From the NCBI GenBank assembly GCA_030141605.1, contig JAQGDQ010000183.1, positions 362,241 through 426,240 on the forward strand: DNA of 64,000 bases, given 5' to 3'. Below are positions 1 through 12,299 of the stretch, in pieces. Source of the DNA: Tubiluchus corallicola. Taxonomy: Eukaryota; Animalia; Priapulida. The position numbers were made by a program, and so were the translations under genes. The notes below the pieces were generated by a model. It made no database searches, was not told where the DNA came from, and was given only the letters and a program-made list of their open reading frames with translations. Positions within the stretch are counted from its first letter, which is position 1; the number at the start of each line of letters is the position of its first letter.

Positions 1-115
1 TAGATTGGCAAGATAAGATATGATGATATAATAAACTTTATCCTACTTTGCGGTAATCATACGTAATTAATTTCATAAGCTGAACATTAAAATAATCACT
101 ACTATAAACATACGA

Positions 116-393
116 AATAAAAACATGTGAAACAACAACATGTGAAACAATGACATGTGAAACAATGACATGTGAAACAAAGACATGTGAAACACAACAT
201 GTAAAACAATATGTGAAACAATGATATGTGAAACAATGATATGTGAAACAATGATATGTGAAACAATGACATGTGAAACAATGATATGTGAAACAACAAC
301 ATGTGAAACAATATGTGAAACAATGACATGTGAAACGATATGTGAAACAACGTGAAAGAACGATATGTGAAACAACAACCTCTGAAACAACAA
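116..393. repeat. Minisatellite, about 15-bp unit ATGTGAAACAATGAC
   Basis: Degenerate tandem copies visible. Confidence 0.9.
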
Positions 394-916
394 CAGAATC
401 TATTGGTCCAATTTATTTAGCGTTTGTTTTTATATAAAAAAATTTGACGCTTGACAAAATTTTTGATGCATTGACGCATCATAACGTAGTTTTAACTACG
501 CCGACTTATGAACGGTTTTGGTTTGCAAGCTCACAAATATCAATAAGTATGTGAAATATGCAACTTACACAAAAACATTTTGGGCCTTCTTAAGGTAGCT
601 GGTTGTTGTGTTGATTATAATTATTATCGAATGTAATTCTCTAAAATGAGACGCTTATTGAACAGTGGCATATTATTTACACCTGGATGTGCATTGTGCA
701 TTCCTCCTTAACATAATATGGTGTAATGTGACATTTGAAACTGCTAAAAAGCAGTCATCTATTTACAGATCAGGCTCACTATTGCTTAATTTCATTTGCC
801 AAGCACACACCCTGGTCTCTTAGCAACCACAAGTCGCCAGGTTTCTCTCCCGTTTTGCAACTGTTACTTTGACGATGCATCTTTTCTCACTTCTGAGTTA
901 AACTTCCTACATTTAG

Positions 917-1096
917 GAACGGAGTTTAACTGCTGTGAAGATGCAGAGGCTGCGATTACGGAAATCGGTGTTTGCTGGACATTAGGGGTCAATGGAGCTG
1001 AGGACAGCAGTCGTCACAGCAGGTTTGAGCAAACGTTTCCCTCTACCGGTGCAGGAATGACTGTCTTACTTAATCTACAGTTATACGAATATACCG
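917..1096 (+). CDS. DEG/ENaC exon (GTEFNCC...GVCWTL...LNLQLYEYT)
   Basis: tttag acceptor, G|gtaag donor, ENaC extracellular motifs; acceptor less certain. Confidence 0.75.
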
Positions 1097-3228
1097 GTAA
1101 GCTTCGATACTTTCTGTAGCATTCTTCTTGTAAATGCTTTTAGTTTATTCACAGAAGATCATATTAACTCCCTCGGGTAGCTGCCTTAGGAACTAATGAT
1201 CTTGTTGAAGTTGTTATTTTTCGGAAAGGATGAATTTAACTATGTTGCTAACTGTAAAATATTCCAATGCATAGATGACTTTATATTACGTACTAAACGC
1301 TTCCAGTAGTTTCTATCTGATATGAAATGTGTCAGTCTTAAATATTTGTATATTAATATTTTCTAACCGTCATTTTCTACTAATGTCTAATGTAATCTTG
1401 TAGTAAAACTTGTTAGCTTGTGTAGTTATAGTCTATTCTTACTGTGAATGTTACTAATGTCTACTGTAATCTTGTAGTAAAACTTGTCAGCTTATGTAGT
1501 TATAGTCAATTCTTACTGTAAATGTTACTAATGTCTAATGTAATCCTGTAGTAAAACTTGTCAGCTTGTTTAGTTATAGTCTATTCTTACTGTAAATGTT
1601 TTTGTAAATAGTGTATAAAGTCTGTTGTGGTGAGGATCCTAAATCATGTTGTTCAAACTGTCTGATCCAATCCTATCATAAATTATGTTTGAATTAACTC
1701 CATCGGGACTGCATTATTCAAAATAGATCTTATAAGACCCATGACTTTTCTGCTACTGTATGAGCACAGACATAACTAAATGGTACTGTTTGATTCAGGA
1801 GAATCTCCGCTATCCAATCATGTTATTTGTTTAAACATCCATAAGCCACTTATTCTGGTTGATCTAAATAACTCTCATTATTTCTCATTGTAGATTTCTA
1901 CATTCCCGGAGCCTCGATGGACTTGGGGGCGAAAGTAAACCTGCATGAGCCGAACGCCCCGACCAGCGTCGACTCTCAAGGCGTGGCTCTTCTACCCGGA
2001 ATGCACGCATACGTTGAACTCGTCACCGAAAAGGTACAAGCTGTCTTGGATATAAGCACGTGGTGCCTCCTGGTGCCATTGGCCTCATTTTGCAGACTGG
2101 ATAGGAAAGAAGTGATTCTTGTTCAGTACGTCGTGTCTTTTTATAACAAAATTTTGTCAGTCGAGTTCTCTTTAGCAAGTTAGTAAGATGCGGCAAAGAT
2201 GTAAGTTTGATTTCTTCATATTTCATAATATTATCACGCATTTTCGTTATAGCAGTTAATTATCTTTTTGAAATTGGGTTAGCGGAAAATGTTTTTATTT
2301 GCTTCAGATAAAACGAAGTCGAGTCGCACATAATATGTCAGTCAGTCAGTCAGTCAGTCAAATATGTCATGATGTGATAGTGATTTTGGAATGAGACGAT
2401 GATTGCCCATTTTGGACAATAAAAAATCACGTAGCTTAAATGTGGAAATGAATACTCAATTAATACATTAAAAGAAACAAAAAGTTATCAATAATTCAAT
2501 GAATAACAAACAGTAAGATACATAATAGGAAGCAAATTTTGGAAAAAATGATTCAAACTGTTTTTAGACGTAGGTCAACATATGTTAAACAAAGATAGTG
2601 ATATCGCTACTTCGTTTAATACTGGCGTTTAAACAACGTTATGTACAACATCATTACAAATATACTAACCTGACTCTCAAAACACTGTGGGGTTGAAAGA
2701 TAAACAAGAGAATTATCGCTGTTGTATGTTGCTTAGTAAATTCGTATGCAGTTTACTTTGAGCGCATAATTAGTTTAGATATACCATAGTTTAGGTTTGC
2801 TATATATACAAATGTAAATGTGTTGCGGGCAATCAAAAAGCAGGGCTTGTTAGATTGTCCTACACTGCTTGTAGTACAGCCTGTGTGTGCAGAAAGCTAG
2901 CATATCTGTGGTTTGGGGGTGACGATGCTTCACAAAAATTTCTCTAGGACAACGCCCTTTTTGTGTTTCAGTTGGAATTTCTCCACGTGGATAACTGGGG
3001 CAAATGTGCGGAGCATCCGGTCAAATACGACAAAAAATATTCGTTCGAAGCTTGCATTAACGAAGCCATTAACGAGATTATAGAACACGAGTGCGGATGT
3101 ACAATGGTCATGTATCCTGGTTAGTAATTACTGAAAATGTAATTTTATGCATAGCTTTGTTGAAGTAAAGAATTTCAGGGAAAGTGAGAATTTCAGGGAA
3201 ATGTTTGCTTCAAAAGTTTTATTAAATG

Positions 3229-3268
<40 letters not shown>

Positions 3269-3310
3269 TAATAATATTAATAATGATTATTATTATTATT
3301 AATATTATTA

Positions 3311-3390
<80 letters not shown>

Positions 3391-6300
3391 GTGACTTTTG
3401 AAGAAACTCTCACTATTAGATGGAGTAGTTGAAATATGAAGTTATTTGTACTGTGTTAAGCTGTACTATCATTGAATTATAATGCAGTAGTACTCTCATG
3501 CTTGAATTTTTTGAAGTTTTCATAATTTGCATTTGTGTAATAAAATAAAAATTCGTCAAGTCGATCATCTTCCTATTTCCAATTTAATATTGTTGTAGTA
3601 ATAATAATAATAATAATAATCTTTATTTAAAGTCGGCTTTTGGGTCAACAATTAACATTAGCTCAAAGAGCTATTATCGCCGACTGTAAATAACAACCTA
3701 CAACTACATAACAGAGACTATTATTACCCCACTTTTACCCTAAATACCACGCGTCAGGCAGGACAACAGCAGGTACCATTTTTAAAGTCTTTGGTATGAC
3801 CCGGCCGCTGGTTCGAACTCACGACCTCCCAGACGGAAAGCAGACGCATTACCACTAGACTAAACCTTCTGGTCGAGTGTAACGGTTTGACTGTGATATA
3901 CTATTGTTGCAACTTTTGACAATGGATGAATCGTAGCAGTGATGTAGTGCAGTAGTTATGATGGTAAGCGGTTGTGGCCGTGGCGATGACTACGGCAAGA
4001 ATGGCTACAGTATCTACTTTGACAAATAATGTGCAACATTAATATCTATGAATGAACTAAACAGTAAATAGTTTTAACGTCGGTCAACAAATCAAAATAA
4101 TTTAAAAATTGGTTTACAGATTTCGGTTAAAGGAAGACAGGATGATTTTTCATATAATGCTCCATTTTCAAATCGTATACATTTTAACACAATTAAAAAC
4201 TGTTTCTGATAATTAAATTATGGATTAAAAACTTTATTAACGGTAGGCAAGCCCAAATGTTGATGACATCACAAACTAACATAATTTTCAGCAGTAAAAA
4301 TGTTGCATAAGCGTGTTGCACGTATTTGCAAAAGCGAAAATTGACGTACGGCGCTACTGTAAGATATTCAATGTGTTGTACTAAAACTAGGCAAGTTTTA
4401 AGATAAAAATCCAAATTTACCTCTTCTGTGCTCATGCATGAGTTGTCGAATGTGTGTAGTTCGTAAGAAATGAACACATCTGAACTGAGAGGTACAGCAC
4501 CTGTTTTTGCCCAATTCATTTCCGAAATGCAGTGCTCGTCTAACTAGCGAATAGCAAAATGCATGTAACAGTGGAGAACTAGTGACGCGAACATGGAATT
4601 GTGTTTGTGTGGTAATAATTTTTTCATTTTTTTTAAAAAAATAGTATGTTTCCTTTCAGTATTTTAAAGAGTAGATTGTTTTAACCAAGAGTTTAAGATT
4701 GGATCCGGTTTTGCTTTAACGTTTTGGAACGGACTGTAAGATAATGTCAGAAATATATTATAACCAAGGACTACTATACACAGGACGTGCAGGGCCAGAT
4801 CTCTGACTCCGCTAGCGGAGGTGATCAATACTCGTAATGAACGTAATCTAGAAATAGTGCGCTTTAGAGAGTATAGTAGTCCTTGATTATAACGTAACCA
4901 AGACCAAAGGCTGGAGAAGGTCTTGGAAAGGGTATGTGCAGAATGGTATGAGGTTCACAGGATTTGAACATGGTGCATGACAGTACTCCGAATTTGATAT
5001 TTTCTGTGCTTTGCAGAAATAACAAAGATGTTTTTGTTTCAATAAAGTGCGTTTTTTTTTCCAGGTAACCTGCGTACCTGTTTGCCTAATGATACGATTC
5101 AATGCGTTCAAGTCAAAGTGGCATCCACTGCATGTAAGTCTTATGTGATATAGCATTATTGATTTTTTCTGGACAGTTCCTGAATGTTTTAGTTGCATAT
5201 TTAAATTCCAGAGATGAGAATTTTCCGCGGATACGCGGAATTCCGAGTTTTTGGAAGACCTGTAGTGCCATTTTTGTAAATCGCGTAAATTCGAACCAGC
5301 CAACCATCCATTCACTGATCAGGTTTAGTGCTGTTCTTGACTTCAGTGCAGCACAGTGAAAATTCAGGCTGTACACCTCGTCTCCGTTATTACCATAAGA
5401 CTTCGTTCACACCACTTTTGCAAAGTGATAGAAATTTTGAAAGTCAAAATTCGTGACACGTAAACGCAGGCAGTTTTGATTAGCTAAACTATGCATCATG
5501 TCACATGACCCCCACGTTAACTCACCGATGCACTTGTGCTCTTTCAGTGCTGCATATTGGTAAACTAGCCGATGATTACAGTTGCACTAGTGCATGCAAC
5601 GTGCTCTATTACACATCGTCCGTGTCGTACGCCATGCTACCGAAGCGTAACGTTTTCGCAGACATTGTCAATGCCTGGGATGTCAACGTGTCCGCCTCCT
5701 ACTTAAAGTAAGTGTAAATAATGTTGATTTCGTTGTTTTTTCAGGAAAAATCCAGTAATTTTAAAACAAACGATTGAGTTAACACGTTTCTTGTCTGCCT
5801 TGTACATTGTTGTGTTAAAGCAGAGAGAAAGTTTTATTTTGCCATGTGAAAGCAATGCTTCTGTGAGTTTTTCGCCTTGTTTGACTTGTTCAAACATGTT
5901 CTCTCTGAGAGCAAACTCGCTTTACGCCTTGTTTGACATGTTCAAACATGTTCTCTCTGAGAGCAAACTCGCTTTACGCCTTGTTTGACATGTTCAAACA
6001 TGTTCTCTCTGCAGTAAACTCGCTAGTGTGAACTGCTTGGCGAGTTACTGTTGGCAAGTTATTGCAAACTCTCATACAGTTGCCGTGAGTTGAATTTGTG
6101 AGAGTTACTGTTGGCAAGTTATTGCAAACTCTCAGACGGTTGCCGTGAGTTGAATTTGTGAGAGTTACTGTTGGCAAGTTATTGCAAACTCTCAGACGGT
6201 TGCCGTGAGTTGAATTTGTGAGAGTTACTGTTGGCAAGTTATTGCAAACTCTCAGACGGTGCCGCGAGTTGAATTTGTGAAAGTTACTGTTGGCAAGTTA

Positions 6301-9300
6301 TTGCAAACTCTCAGACGGTGCTGTGAGTTGAATTTGTGAGAGTTACTGTTGGCAAGTTATTGCAAACTCTCAGACGGTTGCTGTGAGTTGAATTTGTGAG
6401 AGTTACTGTTGGCAAGTTATTGCAAACTCTCAGACGGTTGCTGTGAGTTGAATTTGTGAGAGTTACTGTTGGCAAGTTATTGCAAACTCTCAGACGGTTG
6501 CTGTGAGTTGAATTTGTGAGAGTTACTGTTGGCAAGTTATTGCAAACTCTCAGACGGTTGCTGTGAGTTGAATTTGTGAGAGTTACTGTTGGCAAATTAT
6601 TGCAAACTCTCAGACGGTTGCCGTGAGTTGAATTTGTGAGAGTTACTGTCAAGTGTGAACGCCTCGGCAAGTTAACACCGATACTCGGAGTAAATGGAGA
6701 AGTGTGTGTCGGCAGAAGCGCTTACTGTCTGAGAGTAACTCGCAACAATTTTTGCTCTATAAAGCGAATGAATGTGACAAAGATCGCTATTATTCTGTCG
6801 TTAAATTATTGCCGTCGTAGCAGCCGTAACTTCTTCTTCTCTTTTTCTCAATCTTTGTCTATTATTTTATCTTAACTATCTATCTATCTTTTATATCATC
6901 TCATATATGACCTTCATTCATTACATCATTCCATTCTGTAGCACTAAATGTTTTCTTTATCACACGATTCACTTCAAATTTCCAGTTTATTTCCATTACT
7001 TTTTTTCTTTCACTGTGAGGGACAATCTAACAAGCCCTGCTTTTTGATTGCCCGCAACACATTTACATTTGTATATATAGTAAACCTAAACTATGGTATA
7101 TCGAAACTAGTTACGTGCTCAAAGTAAACTGTATACGAATTTACTAAGCAACATACATTAGCGATAATTCTCTTGTTTATCTTTCAATCCTGCAGTGTTT
7201 TGAGAGTCAAGTTAGTATATTTGTAATGATGCTGTACACAACGTTGTTTAGACATCAGTATTAAAGGAAGTAGCGATATCACTATCTTTGTTTACCATAG
7301 GTTGAACTATGTCTAAAGACAGTTTAAATCATTTTTTCCAAAATTTGCTTCCTATAATGTATCTTACTGTTTCTTATTCATTGAATTATTGATAACTTTT
7401 TCTTTCTTTTAATGTATTAATTGTGTATTTGTGTTGATGTGAAATAAATAAACTTATTCACGGCTTTGTGAAACCGGTATGATAAAATTTCCAAGGTCGC
7501 CTCATGCAGCGCTTGGCTTTCACTCTGCAGTGTTTATTGTATAAGGGCTGTCTAAACCTCAATGAAAGAAAAGCACCTAGCTACATATTGGTAAGAAAGA
7601 TAAGTGGTTTCAAGCAAGTAGAAAGAAATTAATTACCAGAAACCATAAAGAAACTCACACAATGTTTAATTTATATGATTTAAGCAGCATTGATTTTTGC
7701 CTTTGTAACGTCTCTCAATTCTTTTACATTAATTTCTGTGGAAATCTTGGCTTCGTTTAACGATGTTTTGCCTAATGTCACATTTTGCTGGAACGCATTA
7801 GCGTCGTTAATCGAGGAGACTTGCCGTATATGAAAGAAACTGTTCACCTCTTAACCCGCTTGTTTTTCTGTTTCGTTTCATCACATTTTTTCAAATGTTT
7901 CTGCTAATTTTAGAGAAAATCTCGTGATGGTCGACTTGTATTTCAACAGCCTGGACTACGTCCAGTTGGAAGAACGAAGAGCTACAACGGGTGTCCAGAC
8001 TCTCAGTGAGTGTTTTTACTTTTTTCCCCAAACAGTATTGTGACTAAATTACAAGCAGTATTGTGACTAAATTACAAGCAGTATTGTGACTAAATTACAA
8101 GCAGTATTGTGACTAAATTACAAGCAGTATTGTGACTAAATTACAAGCAGTATTGTGACTAAATTACAAACAGTATTGTGACTAAATTACAAGCAGTATT
8201 GTGACTAAATTACAAACAGTATTGTGACTAAATTACACGCAGTATTGTGACTAAATTACAAACAGTATTGTGACTAAATTACACGCAGTATTGTGACTAA
8301 ATTACAAACAATATTGTGACTAAATTACAAGCAATATTGTGACTAAATTACAAGCAGTATTGTGACTAAATTACACGCAGTATTGTGACTAAATTACAAG
8401 CAGTATTGTGACTAAATTACAAGCAATATTGTGACTAAATTACAAGCAGTATTGTGACTAAATTACAAGCAATATTGTGACTAAATTACAAGCAGTATTG
8501 TGACTAAATTACAAGCAGTATTGTGACTAAATTACAAGCAATATTGTGACTAAATTACAAGCAGTATTGTGACTAAATTACAAGCAATATTGTGACTAAA
8601 TTACAAGCAGTATTGTGACTAAATTACAAGCAGTATTGTGACTAAATTACAAGCAGTATTGTGACTAAATTACAAGCAGTATTGTGACTAAATTACAAGC
8701 AGTATTGTGACTAAATTACAAGCAGTATTGTGACTAAATTACAAGCAGTATTGTGACTAAATTACAAGCAGTATTGTGACTAAATTACAAGCAGTATTGT
8801 GACTAAATTACAAGCAGTATTGTGACTAAATTACAAAGCACTGTACATATTCTGTTTACTGACGCATCAAAAGCGTTCGATAGAATAAACTATCTCAAAC
8901 TGTTCCTAAACCTTGTCAATACTAACCTACCAAATGTAGTAATTAGACTTTTGCTTTTTTATTACACGGAACAACGTATGTTGGTTAGATGGGGTAAATT
9001 TAACTCTGATAGTTTTGCAGTAGGTAACGGAATTTGTCAAGGTGGAAAAATGTCTCCACTGTTATTTAACTTCTATTTTAAAAATCTTACTGCTGAACTT
9101 ACTAACTCTGGTGTGGGTTGTCATATTGCAGAAGCCTGCATTAATCACTTGATGTATGCTGATGACATATGTCTTTTAGCAACAACGTCGACGCTTTGCA
9201 GAGACTGCTAGATATTTTTAATAAATTTGCTAAAGAATATCATATCCTTGTAAATGTGAATAAGACTAAACTTGTCACGTTTCGCTCCGCCCACATGCAG

Positions 9301-11273
9301 CAGTTTACTTCTGTTGTTTTGCAGTGTAAAAGTTTTGTACCTAGTAAAAAGGAAAAATATCTGAGTCATATTTTATCAGATGACAATAGAGATGATTTAG
9401 ATATATTACGACAATGTTCAATTTACTATGGTAGAGCAAATAAATTACACATGAAATTTACTCACTGTTCAGTTAACGTGAAGAGACAATTGTTTAATGC
9501 TTACTGCACTACTTTTTATTGTATGTCCACTTGGAGACATTTTTATTCTTACAATCTTAGCAAACTCAAGGTTGCATATAATGTATCAACACGGAAGCTG
9601 TTTAACTTTGCATATGATACGAGCGCTAGATATATTTCTACTAGACTTAATCCTATTTATTTTGATGTGATTCACAGAAAATGTGCATACAGTTTACACG
9701 TCAGGCTGAATAAGAGTGAAAATTTTATATGCAAGAACATTTTAAACAGTGATGTAAACTTTACTTCTGTAATTAGACGTCATTAGCGTAATTTGTTATA
9801 TCGTTAATTGTTATTTGTGTTATTGTTGTGTGTCATGATTTATTGTATTATTTGTATTAATTTGTAATTGTGTATGTGAACTTTGTAAAGTTTGAAATAA
9901 AATATTAAATCAAAATCTAAGAGGTGATACAGATATGATGCAGAAAAGAAAAGTGTTTTAACTTGACTTTAATACAGAGTTAAAGAAATTTGTTGTTCTG
10001 AAATAGACATTAGTTGTGAATTTACAAAACAAGCTACAAGCTGTACTCTTGTTTTTGCTTATATGAATTTGCCCCCCCCCCCGATTTCTCTCGTTTAAAC
10101 CCAGGCGGTTTGTCAAATTTTCTGTCTGTTTGGCAGTATGGCAGTTGAAAATGCTGAGATGCTGTTTGCTAGGTGGTCACCTATCCATTTACTGACAACT
10201 GTTACTTGAGTTTAGTTTGCTTAGAGCAAACAGTAAGCACCCAGCTACTAAAAACCACTACATTCACAGGTTATATATAAAGATATGAAAGCCACCATGA
10301 CAGAAAAGAAATGCACGTCCAAGTCTGGAAAAAATTTGCATACGAATTTGTGAAATATGTGTCATTAACATTTTGATGAAGCCAGAGCGTACTAAACTAA
10401 ACACACTGAACTGAAACCACACACAAGTATAGTACACTAGGGTTTAGCATTCTCTACAACAAAACAAATTTGAATCGAATCGAATTTTCGCGCTTTCGAA
10501 TCCGAATCGAATTCGAATTTGGTTCCAAAGATTTTCGAATAGATTTGTAATAGAAAGCTGTCTCGGAAAGATTGTGCATATTGCTTGATTTTGTTCCTCA
10601 GCAAAAACACTAATAGTAGTTAAAATAGTATGTCATAAGTCATAAGTCATTTATTTCACCTTACACATTTACAATAGTTTCATGTACAATATCTAGTGAA
10701 AGGGCCTACAATGAAAGTAATGCAAATAAGTTTTTATTCTTTCTGCACAGGAAAAGCCTCAAACACTGTTCACCTATATACGAAGGTAAATGTGTTGCGG
10801 GCAATCAAAAAGCAGGGCTTGTTAGATTGTCCCACACAGTGAAAGAAAAAAAGTAATGGACATAATCTGAAAATTTAAAGTGAATCGTGATAAAAAAAAC
10901 ATTAGTGCTTAAAATGGAATGATGTAATGAATGAAGCTCAAATATGAGAGAACAGAAACTCATATATGTAAAACAGAAACTACAAATAAATTCTGCTGAT
11001 TGCAGGATGTTTTATTTATTTGAATCGAATTTGAAAGTTAAAGTACACCTTTAATGTAATTAGGTTTTTCTTGCAGGTGACATTGGTGGTCAGCTGGGTT
11101 TGTTCATCGGAGCTAGCATCATCACATTGTTTGAAGCGCTAGCTTTTCTACTGGCTATGCTCTACTACAACTTTGTCTGGCCGTTCAGACAGCAGGCTAA
11201 ACAGAGGGCGCTGGCTTCGGATGCCAGAACTGCTGAGACCGAACTGAACTCACCATCCCCAATAAGTCTCTGA
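917..11273 (+). CDS. DEG/ENaC (ASIC-like) sodium channel, 3' part; join(917..1096,1894..2033,2972..3119,5065..5133,5548..5707,7914..8005,11077..11273); 5' exons outside the window
   Basis: Seven GT-AG exons with matching phases give GVCWT, LNLQLYEY, GAKVNLH..P...G..LLPG, WGKC, YSFEAC..CGC, NLVMVDLYFNSLDY and TM2 DIGGQLGLFIGASIITLFE (GAS selectivity filter). Confidence 0.92.
1378..1600. repeat. 74-bp tandem repeat x3
   Basis: TACTAATGTCTA... recurs at about 1378, 1452 and 1526. Confidence 0.85.
1894..2033 (+). CDS. DEG/ENaC exon (DFYIPGASMDLGAKVNLHEP...VTEK)
   Basis: ttgtag acceptor, AAG|gtac donor, beta-ball motif. Confidence 0.85.
2455..2860 (-). mobile_element. Interspersed repeat, probable LINE 3' end; other copies at about 6900-7456 (+) and 10785-10950 (-)
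   Basis: Shared GTTGCGGGCAATCAAAAAGCAGGGCTTGTTAGATTGTCC and about 400 bp of homology; the plus copy ends in GAAATAAATAAA. Confidence 0.7.
2972..3119 (+). CDS. DEG/ENaC thumb exon (LEFLHVDNWGKC...YSFEAC...CGCTMVMYP)
   Basis: tttcag acceptor, G|gttagt donor, Cys-rich thumb. Confidence 0.88.
3226..3390. repeat. (AAT)n followed by (ATT)n microsatellite
   Basis: Read directly. Confidence 0.95.
3598..3873 (-). mobile_element. tRNA-derived SINE, copy 1
   Basis: Minus strand: A box TAGTCTAGTGG, B box GAGTTCGAACC, core GGTCATACCAAAGACTTTAAAAATGGTACC, AATAAA plus (ATT)n tail; near-identical copy at 52591-52869. Confidence 0.85.
5065..5133 (+). CDS. DEG/ENaC thumb exon (GNLRTCLPNDTIQCV...)
   Basis: T-run ccag acceptor, gtaagt donor, two expected Cys. 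Confidence 0.85.
5548..5707 (+). CDS. DEG/ENaC exon (...YSCTSACNVLYYTSSVSYAMLP...)
   Basis: tttcag acceptor, gtaagt donor, C-x3-C...Y...S motif. Confidence 0.88.
5872..6650. repeat. Compound array: 52-bp unit x about 3, then 60-bp unit x about 10
   Basis: GAGTTACTGTTGGCAAGTTATTGCAAACTCTCAGACGGTTG... repeats. Confidence 0.92.
6900..7456 (+). mobile_element. Probable LINE 3' end, inverted relative to the 2455-2860 copy
   Basis: Reverse complement of 2455-2860, ends GAAATAAATAAA. Confidence 0.7.
7914..8005 (+). CDS. DEG/ENaC exon (ENLVMVDLYFNSLDYVQLEE...)
   Basis: ttttag acceptor, gtgagt donor, conserved palm motif. Confidence 0.9.
8033..8836. repeat. 23-bp minisatellite CAGTATTGTGACTAAATTACAAG x about 35
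   Basis: Read directly. Confidence 0.97.
8837..9915 (+). mobile_element. 5'-truncated, frameshifted LINE (RT domain plus C-terminus, RTE-X-like)
   Basis: DASKAFDRI, GICQGGKMSPLLFN, LMYADD, VNVNKTK; frameshift near 9190; AATAAA-containing tail. Confidence 0.9.
11077..11273 (+). CDS. DEG/ENaC last coding exon (TM2 and C-tail ending PISL*)
   Basis: ttgcag acceptor; DIGGQLGLFIGASIITLFE; TGA at 11271-11273; AATAAA at 11846-11851. Confidence 0.93.
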
Positions 11274-11891
11274 TGTCTGTCGGGCTCAGTTTGTCTGTCC
11301 CAGTAATCTTATTTCCCCCTCACAAGTTCTACACAATTTTTACTTGTGTGCTTGCGTAGCAAAATCGTCCATAAGTCGGCAAGGTTTTCCAGTTAGTCAC
11401 ACATCCTGAATCTCCATTTCATGAGGATCATTTTGATTCCAAGTTCATCGCTCTATGTTATTTCTAAGTTGAGATAATCCACGTTGAAGTTGAGGTGCAG
11501 GCTACATAATCTTGAGAAAATAACTGTTAAAGTCAGCCATTGTTTTTTGTCGCGTTTCTGCAAAACACTTTGCAACTGCACAAATCTTGGTTGCTACGGA
11601 CTTTGCAAAAGCATTCGGTCGTGCCTCCTTGCTTGTTCCTGCTGCCACAATCTTATCCGGGAAATGTGTAACGTATAAGCCATTTTATTGTGATATTTTA
11701 AATCTGGAATTCCCGTGTGAATAGTAGTTTTATAAACACCAAAGTGTTTCCTAGTTATCTTGTATTTAGCTGTATAGATTTATATTTGATGAAAAGTTGT
11801 TATATTTATCATTGAAAATTTGCATTTATTATGACTGAGGAACAAAATAAATTTGGTATTGTAATTTGATGTAACACTTAATAGTGTAATA

Positions 11892-12299
11892 CAGGGGTGT
11901 GCAAATTATCTGACTAGCCGGGCCACATTAAACTTTCCCGCAATTCCTGTGGGCCACAGGCAGTTTGGTCAAGCAGCCAAGTACAGTAGGACCTAATAAC
12001 GATTTTTTTTTTGCATCCGACCTGCGTACATCATTACTACTACACTCAAGAAAGTATTTTAGAAGTTATTAAAATTTATATTAAAAACCATATATTTCGT
12101 CATGTCCTACAGTGACATTAAGTGACAACGGTCTTGTAAGGGTTAATGCCATCCGATCTAGAGGAAAAAACTACCCGCACTATCTTTGCGATATTGGCGC
12201 AGACTTCAGCTGGATCGCGTGGGCCGCACTTTCATTACGTTGACAAACCTCTGCGGGCCGCACAAGATCTCTCGGCGGGCTGCAGTTTGCACATCCCTG
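11892..12299 (+). mobile_element. hAT MITE family A (short form), TSD GTGTAATA
   Basis: TIR CAGGGGTGTGCAAA, 8-bp TSD. Confidence 0.92.

Noticed and set aside
3810-3873. tRNA gene (also about 52805-52869 and 30691-30755)
   Set aside because: A and B boxes present but no complete cloverleaf; SINE heads
8033-8836. CRISPR-like appearance of short-unit arrays (also 37322-37975 and 57387-57934)
   Set aside because: Head-to-tail units with no unique spacers, no cas genes, eukaryotic context
8822-9786. Active or domesticated reverse transcriptase
   Set aside because: 5'-truncated, frameshifted, with no endonuclease or N-terminal RT motifs
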